Shown: positions 13,652 through 41,700 of the stretch, one piece after another
Layout of the letters: every line of letters begins with the position of its first letter
How positions within the stretch are numbered: the stretch's first letter is position 1
Assembly: GCA_040954595.2 (NCBI GenBank)
Contig: CM082577.2
Span: forward strand, 434,001-498,000
Length of the DNA stretch: 64,000 bases
Reading direction: 5' to 3'
Source of the DNA: Balanoglossus misakiensis
Taxonomy: Eukaryota; Animalia; Hemichordata
Translations under genes and position numbers: made by a program
The notes under the pieces: model-generated
Database searches by the model: none
Told to the model about the DNA's origin: nothing
The model's input: the letters and a program-made list of their open reading frames with translations, nothing else

Positions 13652-16391
13652 ACAGTACTGTGAGACATGAACAATAACACCAACAAATTATCCAATTCCT
13701 TATTCAAAAATGTGTACAATGCAATACACATTTAATTGCTCAAATTTGCAAAATATACTTGAAACCTTTTGATCATAATTGTCTAACTCAGAAGTTATCA
13801 CTGTTATTGGGTAAGACATTAACCAAATAGAAAGTATCACCAAAAATGTCACTATTTCTATGTATGGATGAGATTTAGATCTAATTATCCTTTAAATTCA
13901 TTAAAAAGCTTTTGGGATGAAAAATTAATGTCATTTCCTCCTGTTTGCATCATAGGCTAATTTCCCCAAAGATTTCTTGTCTGTATGCTTCTTTTGCCTG
14001 CAGAAATTGGCTGAGATGTGGTATTAAGGTGGCACATCTTCATGTTGCCTGCATTATTTGTTCAAATGCATATTTTTCATCAAAACGCTGTGTATCTGAG
14101 CTTTATTTTGGTGTGGAGAATTTGCTTGAGAAATTACAAATTCGTTTTTTTAGTATTACGGCCATTAAAAAGAATTCAATTAATATCAAGATTGTTGCTG
14201 CTTTCTAAAAGCTAATCTTTACGTTTTAATTTATTTTAAATAAAAGCATGCATAAAGAAACTTCCAAATGACACCATAGGTCATAGGTCACCAACAGGGT
14301 CAGGGTTCAAATATCCTTTCAAATTGAAATGTCTCATTTCAAGCAGTATACTAGTACATCAAGCATCTGTTCAAAAAAATCTTAACTTAAAAAATGTATC
14401 CCCTATCTCTGTCTTAGTCAAGCAACAGCAACAGACTCATGCAAACAACAAACAATCATGCTAGCTGTCTCCATTGATAAATGCTACAGCTCCGTGAGTA
14501 GATGCAACAACACTTGAACTGAACACAAGTGAGCAGAGTGGTAATTTTGACCACTGCTACGTGACCACATGTTAAATTGGCAATATCCACCGAACAACGA
14601 ATTCAGAAGAGCAACGCATCAGACATAATGACCACAGCCATGACAGAAATCACTCCGTTGCCATGGAAACCTGGCCCTGACTGGGATAGATCTACCTGTC
14701 AGTCAATTTCAAAGACTGTCATCATTTTCATGAGAACAGAAATTGCCTAAGAAAATATTTCTCTTCAGGTGTATAACACTGTTCTCCCAAGAACAATACA
14801 TTTAATTGTTATGCAAATTAGCCTATGTTTAGCAGAAATTCCTGGGGAGAACATATAGACACTGAATCCAGTGCATTTACAATTGTATTTGCAAAAACAT
14901 GAACTTGAAGCAATAATCATCTACTACTCAAAGCAAAACAATATCCAGGTTTTGTATCTTCTTCTAAAAAAATAGCATGCTAAATTATTAAAATATAATA
15001 TTTCCATACATTATCATGGGAAATAGAATAATTCAAACAAGTGTAATAGATAACTGTAGTGTGTTCAAATGCACACATATGACACTAGTATTATTTGATT
15101 ATCTTCCATTTCAATGACTTATTTATCATGGTACCATTAATTTTATTAATGGCTGATGTGTTGTCACCATTTCATGGAGGTGGGTTAAAATGAATATCAT
15201 CTCCCATCTTTAAAGTACTGTTTAGATCAAGAACTAACTCTTGCTACAAGACACTAAACAGGCTATGAGATACTACCATGGATTATTATGCTCAAAGCAA
15301 GTCCCTGCCATATGGAATTTAAAGGGGCATATGCAGTACATGTAAACAGTTCTGTGTACGTACGAAAGGTTCACATGAACAAACACCATTGTATACTATG
15401 ACATTGACAGATGAAAGTGACTATGCTGTGCTGTTAGTGTTATTCACATATTGATATGGCTGCGGTGCTAAATTCTGTGCTACGCATAGAAATACTTAGA
15501 TAAGGAATACAACTTGATATTTAAAGGAAGCTGCACTACACTCATTCACGGCTCACGTTATCGGGATGAAAAAAAACCAAGGCCGAACATCCATGTCCAA
15601 TGCCTAACCTTCAGTAACAATGACGGAAATAGGTCACAAATTTCACAAGTCGTCACTTGTTTAAAATACCATGATCCCATACCAGGAAGTGCAAATGGTT
15701 TTCTTTCATGGGTGTCACAAGACAAGACACTATTAAAGCAATGGTATTATACTAATTAAAATGTGTTTGTGGTCTGTAAAACACTTCTTTAGTTGCCTTG
15801 TGAACATGTAATAATAGACCGTGAAGCGAAAGTTCGTTTGCAAATTGCAACAGACATTCCACGCAAATACGGCGAGGATAGGGAGACCGTGCATCACTTT
15901 CTATTGTAGTACATTCACGTATGGCGAAATTTTCAGGATACTTCTCCGCGGTCTCACGACGGGGCAGCCATCCCCAGACACTTTTTCATTGAACTAAAAC
16001 CGAAGCTTTGAACAGAAAGTGAAGCGCGAGAAACTTGTTGATAGTGTGTGTGTGCACGCAGTCAACTTATTTACAAATTACATGTACAATTGAGTTCTGC
16101 CAAGTAATGATCACTAAAAACATTCCAGTACTGCCATTTCACACTACACAGTCTTAATGTCACAGAAATTACGGTCCATTCTCTCAAAAATTTGGAAAAA
16201 GTGACAGAGATTCTGAACATCTGACGACTGCGCCGTTAAAATCCGCACTACACATGCTACATACGTCAGACTGTAGCAGACTACATCACTGTGAGTTCAA
16301 AATATGTTTGTAACAGGTTACGCGTAAAATTAATTGCATGGAATATATGCCCAAAGCATCATTGAAATTCAAGCAAAGAAAACCGTCTAAC

Positions 16392-16552
16392 CTCTCATTA
16401 CTGAGTTCCTTGGTTAACAAGTTGGCTTCCTTCTCAACAGGCTGTCTCTCAATACTCAGAGCCCTGCTAGACATCCGCCGAAGCGGTTTTGTCGGGGATT
16501 TCGTTGCCATCTTCTCGTCGTCTGTCTGCTGCTCAATGAACAGGTCGCGCAT
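16392..16552 (-). CDS. Probable first coding exon of an unidentified gene divergent from LIG1 (rest of gene not located in window)
   Basis: Open frame MRDLFIEQQTDDEKMATKSPTKPLRRMSSRALSIERQPVEKEANLLTKELSNE in a locally CpG-rich island; second ATG (16510) in strong aagATGG context; donor AG|gttaga (phase 2). No homolog recognised. Confidence 0.5.
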
Positions 16553-19346
16553 CGCATAAAGTCTACGTTGATAAGGGTGCCACATCGTGACCAAAAATAT
16601 TCAATTGAATAAACATGACCTTCGTATTTTGGACGCTTGTGCTCTTTTATCGCCAGTTTATTTTACGCACCATAGCAAATTAGTCTTAAAATTTGTGCCA
16701 CCGTGCCTTAATCGGTTAATTTAAATGCTAATTAATCGAGGATTACTTTGGGGTGTACTCCCCCGGAGTTGGGCGACTTTCCCTTCGAGGGCAAATGTTC
16801 CGTCTGTTCGTTTTAATATCTCTACAGTATGTATGCACTCGGTTATGTGAACTGGCAATAACCTCATTTTGTGTAATTGACATGTGAGATTGTTTTCATT
16901 AACGTTGAAATTCAACCAACATTTCTAAGACATAAAGCAATCCAATTTCATTTTAAATTTATTGTTTTCTTCTCCTGAAAATGAAATTAAGTCACTGTGA
17001 GTCTGTGCTTGAGACGTATTAGGCCCTAGCCAATAATAGCTGATTTCCTAAGAATGGGCAGATCATTTTCTTTTCATTTTTTTAAACCCGCTATACAAAA
17101 TAAAAACGGAGGCTGTAGGTCGAGTTAAAACAAGAAAATGCGGCTTATTTTGTTAACATTAGGAACTAGGAATTGTCTTCGGAAAGATACCAAAAAAGCG
17201 CCGAGGAAAGTTATGGAACTTGTGGGCGTCTTTCACGTAAGATTGTGTATGTGTGTGCCACAGGCCATTTCCATTGCAAGTATTATACGCCAAAACAGGA
17301 ATATATCGAACCCCGATAAAGTGCCATTGACGTATTATGGCAAAAACAATACACTTCCTTTGTTTCTTTACCGGAACAAGCTACGGAAATCATTAATAAA
17401 ATATTGAATATTTCTCCCAAGACATTAACAAATGAATCAACACAGAATATCGGGAGGGGGGGTATTATCTCGGCACACATCTTTCTCTTCGGGAACTTAC
17501 ACTAAAAGACAATACAAGTGCACTTAGACTCAAATGGTGTTCTGGCGCAAAAAGAAAGCGGGTGTCTTAACGCCTATAGCACTTCGCGATCGCCCGTACA
17601 TCAACCGTGAGCAAAACAACGCGTTCATGATGTATCCCTTCGAGAGTAGGTCCGTTCTGATCACCACCGACTGCAAACCAACATCATCAATATAGTAACA
17701 GCGAGATAAGGGTTGACATTTACTTTCCCGACATACTTTGGTATTTGTTTCAGACAAGTGGGAATTTCTGGAGAGCTCGCAATTTTATCGGCCACAATTG
17801 ATCACATCGACTCAAAAAGAGGTTTCCTCCTTCCGGACAATCCAATATCCCTGGAAGCAGTGAAATTAACGTCGTGAAAATCCCATTACGGTCTTTTCAC
17901 GGCAGCTTCCAAGTAATTACTATCGGCCGAGGCGATACGGCGACAGAGACTACCCTTTCCATCATCACATTACTGACGCCAAAATTCAACAGGTGAAATG
18001 ACATGTCAATTATATTTTTGTGTAAATACAACCAATTCAACTATGTTGCATTCCCCTTCCGACAGAAAGAAGTATTGTTGATATAATTTCAATAGAAAAG
18101 ACATAGTATTGATCGATATTTATTGGAACATTGTACTTTTTCAAGCTTGCATTACCCGCAAATCACCGCAAGGAATCGGGCGATCGAACGAAGGCAATAT
18201 CTTAGCGTGTTATCGGGTTTTCTCTCTCTCTCGTTCTTAAAACTTTCACTCGTTCTAAAACTTACTCAGTCACCACAAGTGATGGTAGCACTCCTATCAG
18301 GGAAAGTCGGGCATCTAATCTGCTACAACTTGATTAGGCCTAGTTTTGGAAACAGAGTGTTCGGTAATGACATTTTTAAATTAATTACATCCCTGAAATT
18401 TACAACCAGGTAAAAAGTACCATGTTTTCACTGACAGTGATAATGAAAACCCCCCACCCTTTCCTCTTTTTTTGGGTGCGGTGGAGGGACAAGCACAGAT
18501 TATCATATAAAATATCAGGACAAAAACCTGGCATTCATTCTAAAAGCCCCACTGTCTTCCGTGTTTTAAAGAGTAAATGGCGGTTTTACCATGATAGTTA
18601 AAAGCAAGAAATTTTCATTCATATGTTATAAAGCTTAGGATCGGATCTAAAGTAGAAGCGAACGAAAAACTTAGGCCTAGGTTTCGTAATAGATGCGTCT
18701 GGCCCGCTGCTGAACTCTGAGGTGACGTTCGTTTCTATGGTAACCTGCCGTAGTAGAGCTGGTTAAATAATCGTCGGTTAATGTAAAGTTGGGAAATCTG
18801 TCGTGTTAACATTTGATTCAGTTTACTAAACTTTTGCTCTGCAAAATCCTATCCGTTAGACTTTATGAGGAGCCACGGCACCGCACAAGTTTCTATGGAT
18901 TTTTATCGACAAAACAAAAGGTCTATAATATTATTATGATTAGGCCTAGTAGAAGCAAGATCAGCCGCTCGCTTTGTTTCCTTCTTTCTTGCTACAGCCA
19001 GGGTTTCGACTTTTTGTAACTGGATGTGCAGTGAAAGGTCTGCAAATAAGTCCCGCAGGGGATTGCCAGACGAACTGCGTATTTGATCAAAACATGCTAT
19101 TTGGTAATGAGCGACTGGTAGGCCTAAGCTCTCTTATTTACGCCATCATTTAGCCTATGTGTTCGTAAAGAAACGATACTTTTAGATCATCCTGCGCCCG
19201 GCATGTATGTGCTACTTTTTGAGGGGAAAAATACGCCCTCAATGTTTTAAATTGTGTACATAAACACAGTCACTTGAATTAACCATATGGCCCCGTCTAG
19301 CGTATGGTCCGGTCGTGTTTACGCACGTACGTGGTGTACGTCAAAT

Positions 19347-19376
19347 TGACCTGAATTGACCTTTGACCTTTGACCT
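19347..19376. promoter_or_regulatory. Array of four TGACCT nuclear-receptor half-sites (DR4 + DR1 + DR1)
   Basis: TGACCTgaatTGACCTtTGACCTtTGACCT immediately upstream of the E2F site. Confidence 0.5.
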
Positions 19377-19387
19377 TTGAGCCTAAC

Positions 19388-19397
19388 TGGCGGGAAA
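19388..19397 (+). promoter_or_regulatory. E2F site in LIG1 proximal promoter
   Basis: TGGCGGGAAA (= TTTCCCGCCA), canonical E2F motif ~60 nt upstream of the ATG; replication genes are typical E2F targets. Confidence 0.7.
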
Positions 19398-19457
19398 GCT
19401 TAAGTTGATCAGAAGGCAGCTGTGTGGAATACCTTCCTGGTCTGAGTGGATATCAAA

Positions 19458-36123
<16,666 letters not shown>

Positions 36124-36307
36124 GAATATACTCAACAATACTTGATTGCCGTGGAATTTCTATGTTCAGATTTTCGTTTTATACAACTTTAGATTTCATG
36201 GGGTGGGGGGCTTGCTTTTGAATATTAATACAAATGAAATTTTTGACCTTGATGTGGTGTGATTTGAATATTAAAACAGATATGCTATTAAATCAGTATT
36301 TAATACA

Positions 36308-36313
36308 AATAAA
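36308..36313 (+). terminator. Probable LIG1 polyadenylation signal
   Basis: AATAAA ~185 nt after the stop, followed by a GT/T-rich tract (gtgttttttttt). Confidence 0.6.
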
Positions 36314-37180
36314 TGAGCCTTGACTAAGTGTTTTTTTTTATCAAATCAACAGAAATGACCATCTTTGACTGATAAAATGGTAACATACAGCAATATGTCA
36401 CATTTTGACGTTTTATTATAAACAGAGGGGTTTTCCAGGTCAATGTACAAAGGCACAATCAATTAGATTTTGGTTTTAATTGAGTCATTTTTCAGCCCCA
36501 AGATCTGCGCTGTAAATCCTCACTGTTGGAATTTCATCAATTGAACTCACGCCAGCAATGTATTCTTTCTCTGGCGCCATTAATGAGTCTTCGAGCTTCA
36601 TTTTGCCGGCTACAGCACTGAGAGAGAAAATAATTCAATGTTTTGGGGAAGAAAAAAAAGAGAAAAAGTAAAAGATTGATTGTACGTTCGTGATTATGGA
36701 TTTAAAACGTAAACATCGATGATGGCGACGCTTGATATGTAGGTCGGTTCACTGAACGTGTCATACGCTTTTCCCCATTAACCTTTTTTGTTCTTGTTTG
36801 GTTCAGTTGACAAACACTCCCTCCTGCTTCCTCCCGCAGTACCACTGCTTTCTACATCGGCCGCAAGAAAAGCTGTACAAATCCACCCTACGCTGTTTTC
36901 AGCATTCTAGATTTTGTGATACAGTTATCTCGGTTTTCACAGTTAATCTTCACACCTGGGGGGGGGGGGGGGGGGGAGATTGGCAATCTTCATTTTTTTT
37001 TATTCAAGAGCTGAAAAAAGGGAAAAAAAATTATGTGGTTATTATGAAATACCTGTACGTCCAATTTCGGAGAAGCAGACCTAATTCATCAAGAGATAGT
37101 TTTGATTAGATAATATTGTTTTTCCACTTTGTGTCTTCATCCTCCCTTCAGGACAAAAACTCAAATATGTTTTTCTCTTT

Positions 37181-38765
37181 GGGTCCCATTGGTATGTACC
37201 ATGGGACCTTATGGGATCGGTTTCGTCTGTATGTATGTATGGATGTATGTATGGATGGATGTATGTCTGTATGTCCGTCCACATCAAAAACTTGAAAACC
37301 GCTGCGTGTATCACCTTGATATTTGGTGTGCTGATGCAGGCTGGGCTGTAGATGGGAGTTTGTTCAAATGAAGTTGTCATTGCCAAAAATATGCAAATTA
37401 GTTGGAAAAATTGGATTTTGGTCAAATCTCAGTAACTCAAGAACTACTGGTCAGATTGCTTTGCAAAGTGGTGTGTATTTACTTTATTGAGTTGTTTTAA
37501 TTAGGCAGAAACTCCCTCCTGTTATTCACATAAACACAGCAAATTCCTGAATGATTACATAACTGGCTAAGTTTTAAAGAGGCCAGCTGTTCTATTTAGT
37601 GTATGTACAGTACATATGAAATTGGCAGCTTATGGGTCAGTCAGTGTTTGCCCATTGAGCAAAGTTGAACTTCATTGGAGAAAAGAAGAACCACTCCCGT
37701 CGGTCTTAATTTGCATTTTAACACTTTATTTTGCATTTCAATACTTGATTTAAATATGAGAAAAGCCTAACAGTTTTGTCTCACTGTAGTTAAAGTTTTG
37801 GACCTAGAAATATAAATAGTTTGTGTCCATGAGTTTGTATTGGGGATGTGTTAGCACTCTGGGCACCGTACTCCTCACGGGATCTGTTAACGCAGGTCAG
37901 TGCAACACACCCCAAGCTTTTGTATCGCCTTCTTTGCATTTTAACACTTTATTTTGCATTTCAATACTTGATTTAAATATGAGAAAAGCCTAACAGTTTT
38001 GTCTCACTGTAGTCAAAGTTTTGGACCTATAGAAATATAAATAGTTTGTGTCCATGAGTTTGTATTGGGGATGTGTTAGCGCTCTGGGCACCGTACTCCT
38101 CACGGGATCTGTTAACGCAGGTCAGTGCAACACACCCCAAGCTTTTGTATCGCCTTCTTTGCATTTTAACACTTTATTTTGCATTTCAATACTTGATTTA
38201 AATATGAGAAAAGCCTAACAGTTTTGTCTCACTGTAGTCAAAGTTTTGGACCTATAGAAATATAAATAGTTTGTGTCCATGAGTTTGTATTGGGGATGTG
38301 TTAGCGCTCTGGGCACCGTACTCCTCACGGGATCTGTTAACGCAGGTCAGCGCAACATGTTCACCGAGCTTTTGTATCGCCTTCTTTTGCTGTGATTTGA
38401 GAGCTATACAGTACATCTTGGCATTCATCGTCCCATCAGATCTCTGTGTCGACAGTCCGATATTAGATTGTTGTTGGGTCCCATTGGTATGCACCATGGG
38501 ACCTTATGGGATCGTTGCACCTGTATGTATGGATGGATGGATGTATGTCTGTATGTCCGATTACATAACTGGCTATGTTTAAAGAGGCCAGCTGTTCTAT
38601 TTACAGTACATATGCCATTGGCAGCTTATGGGTCAGTCAGTGTTTGCCCATTGATCTCTCGCTATGTGTGTGTGTGTCTGTCTGTATATGGCCATGTACT
38701 CCGGTGTAGACTTTTTCTTGTGTAATCACTCAATGGGACCACCATGTCCTTGACGCGATGTTTTT
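37181..38765 (+). mobile_element. Composite non-autonomous Helentron/DINE-1/pearl-like element
   Basis: Two heads gggtcccattggtatgYaccatgggacc (hairpin) followed by (ATGT/GGAT)n at 37181 and 38477; shared block at ~37554-37658 and ~38560-38654; inverted subterminal copy caatgggacc 38731-38740 followed by a short imperfect stem-loop and a T-run. Confidence 0.6.
37710..38389. repeat. Tandem repeat, three near-identical ~224-bp units
   Basis: Units begin tttgcattttaacactttatt at ~37710, 37933 and 38158; differ by only a few substitutions and indels. Confidence 0.95.
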
Positions 38766-41700
38766 CTCTGTGTTATCATTTTGACCTGCGCCGAACTTGC
38801 CTCTAAATTTTCATTCTGGCGAAAAAGATATGAAATATCGCGCCCCATCACTCTTGATAGATCCAGGTAAAAGCAAAATTATCTTTTGTTTTATCGATCA
38901 GGATTTTGAGAGGAATTTGATTTGCTGCAGCAAGTCACCCCAACAAATTATGAAGTGTAGTCCATCGATCAGTTTGCTATAAATGTGTGATATTTCAAAT
39001 GCTATCGTCAGTCAGTCAGTAGACCTGTATAGCTGCACTGCTACTCTGTGTACATTTATATTTTAATTCACACAGCAGAGAAAGAAATTGTGGGGAAATG
39101 GATCTCCCAGTAAAAGGGATGATCAAAAGAAACTTGTCATTTGCAGGTAAAATGGAAACTTAGGTATAATTTAAATGAACAGTTAAGAGTTTGGATTTTG
39201 CAATGAAAATCAATATTAGTTTACTTATGGGGTTTTTTTTCATGAATTTTTCTGTGCCAGCTTTGTGACCTCAGCAGTACTGATGAAAATTTCCAAAGAA
39301 ATCGGCCTCTTTTGCTTGGATCAACCTTATTGAAGAGACATGTTTTAACGGACGCCCTACCTGTCTTTTTGACACTCTGCTACAAACCGCACAGTGGCAG
39401 GTCGAAAGTGTATCAGCAAATTTTAAAAGCATGAAAACGTGTTTGTATGACTGCGTGACCCTGTGACATTTTGCATTTCATCCCATTGGGATGTGAGACA
39501 GGTTCTGTGACATGCATTTGTTGGTCTGTTATTTTTTTCAGTTTCACTCACTCTGAAGTGCAGTGAATCACCCTCCTAGTATGGTGGAATTCTCAAAGCC
39601 ATCAGACAGCATGCGGAAAATGTGTTGTGCATTAAGTTGTCAACTGGCTCGGTTGGCGTCATCAATGACCAGCATCGCATAGTTCAACGTGCAGTGTTTC
39701 TGTATTTTTTACGCAGTACAAGCAGCAGTTTACGGCATGCTGAGTCTGTACAGCGTAATATCACTCAACAACTCTTTGGGGGAAATTCCATTTCCCAGAA
39801 TGAAGACAAACAACCTCTCAACACAGATCATAGTTTTTCCCACCAAAAACTTTGACGTAACATTCTTCTTGTTTGCTTTGTCTATACATGCAGATTTTTT
39901 AAAATATGATTTTTGTCTAAAATAGATTTTAAGTGTCCATTAAAAAAAAATATCAATTTTAATTGACAAATGTTGCCTCTTTGAGGATTATTCGGAAAGC
40001 TTACAAACTAAATTCAGATTAATTTTAAACATGTACCACACAACATAACTTTCCCCATCTATAATATTTAAACCGACTCAAACCAAGTTAGTCTGCTGTG
40101 TGGTATCAAAATTTGCATAGCCCAGGATTTTCAGACAACAAATCAATTCAGAGTTTGTTTTTGTACTTCTCCAAATCCTCTCAATCTCTCCGAAATGTTA
40201 TCCTATTAATCGGAATATCCCCTTCCATATCCCATGAACACTCTGGAGAGAGAAACATGGCTATTTTAATGTCCTACATCATGATTAAAGCACGCTTTAG
40301 GTCAACTGACGTACATCTTGCCTGTCTGCCACAACACCCCCTGAGTCGTTTATCTCTAAATGGAGGTCACGTTTGAAAAAAGGGGAAAGCTAGTACATCA
40401 TTTTTTTTACAATTTGATGAACTTCGCCATATAGCGATAAAGGCACCAACGGAAGATGAGATGTTGTAATTGTGATTTCAACCGCAGAGAGGAGTGTGTC
40501 CTTCGGAAAAGTCGTGTTTCTTTCATTATTGGCTGAATTACAAAGTGAACAGTGAGTTTGGTTGTGTTCAAGCTCTATTGATTTCAAAATGATTCTAAAA
40601 AAAATGACAAACAAACACAAAATCAGTTTCCGGTATTTCTGTGGGGTACAGCTATTAATATTTCCACCACATTTCAACATAGACTCTAATTCTGAATGCA
40701 CATTCTGTTTCCACCACTCCTGAACAATGGACTTTATTTCCCAAAGATGAGGTACAAATACGAGGGTAATAGAAATTTGATGAAAATGTCTGAATAACAA
40801 CATTGAAATGTGATCCTCGAATGAACATTCTTTAATATTAATTAACTCCTTCACTTCACTGAAATGGACAGAAATTCCGTTGCATTTTCCGGAGTACACT
40901 AAGAAGTTTTGCAATACATTGCGTCACTTATGGATCAAATGGATGGGAATACTTGGCTGAATTAAGTCGTAATTTTCCTCCAGGGTTCAGGGGTCTGTTT
41001 GAAAAGGCTTAGTGGTGGGATATTGAAAACCGTCATTGAATGTCTTTGCGAGACGGAAAACTAACGTGATTAGGGTCACTTTGATTTGGCTTCTGTGGGC
41101 GTCTACCTCTTGTAACCCCATCGAAGTGTGTTCACCTGCTCCTGGTGTTGTTTTCCCCATTTCAAGTCACAGTGACGTCTGCCTCCGTCTTTTTTGTCTT
41201 ACAGTGAGTTGATTAAAACCCCAGGCTGTCTGTTTCGGAGCTGGCTTGTAAGCCACGGGTGATGTTGGCCTGTATATCTGTGAGAGACAAGAATGGCGTG
41301 AAATTAACAAGTTGACGATTTGGTTCTCAACAGTTTCGTTAATTGAAATCTGATTCAGGAAGAAATTAAATCTGGGAGTTGGAGATATTGGAGATTTCAT
41401 GTTGTAAATAGGGCTCTTTACTGTTCTTTACAGATTTCTTTTTGACCATCCAATTTAATACAGTGATTACCCACCATGGTGTTTTTGGACATTTTGCTGG
41501 TTGACCCAAGTCAAGCGGCAAACAGTTTCAACCTCTGTTAAACCTACAATCCTATCACAATAAAGATTAAAGTGACAATTAAAACACAAATGACAACTCA
41601 AATATTGGATCCAATGAAACGAACAGCGTAAACCGAAAAGAGAGCTCTGTGAAGTCAACTACGATTCCATATTGTGAAAAGAATTTTCTGTGTTGAAGGA

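Noticed and set aside
1-16285. Numerous 60-128 aa ORFs in the first 16 kb
   Set aside because: No homology, codon or splice support; the region reads as intronic or intergenic.
37710-38389. Regular repeats as a CRISPR-like array
   Set aside because: Head-to-tail ~224-bp units with no unique spacers and no cas genes; eukaryotic context.
40390-40914. 174-aa minus-strand ORF
   Set aside because: Non-ATG start, no recognisable motif or splice support; consistent with chance.
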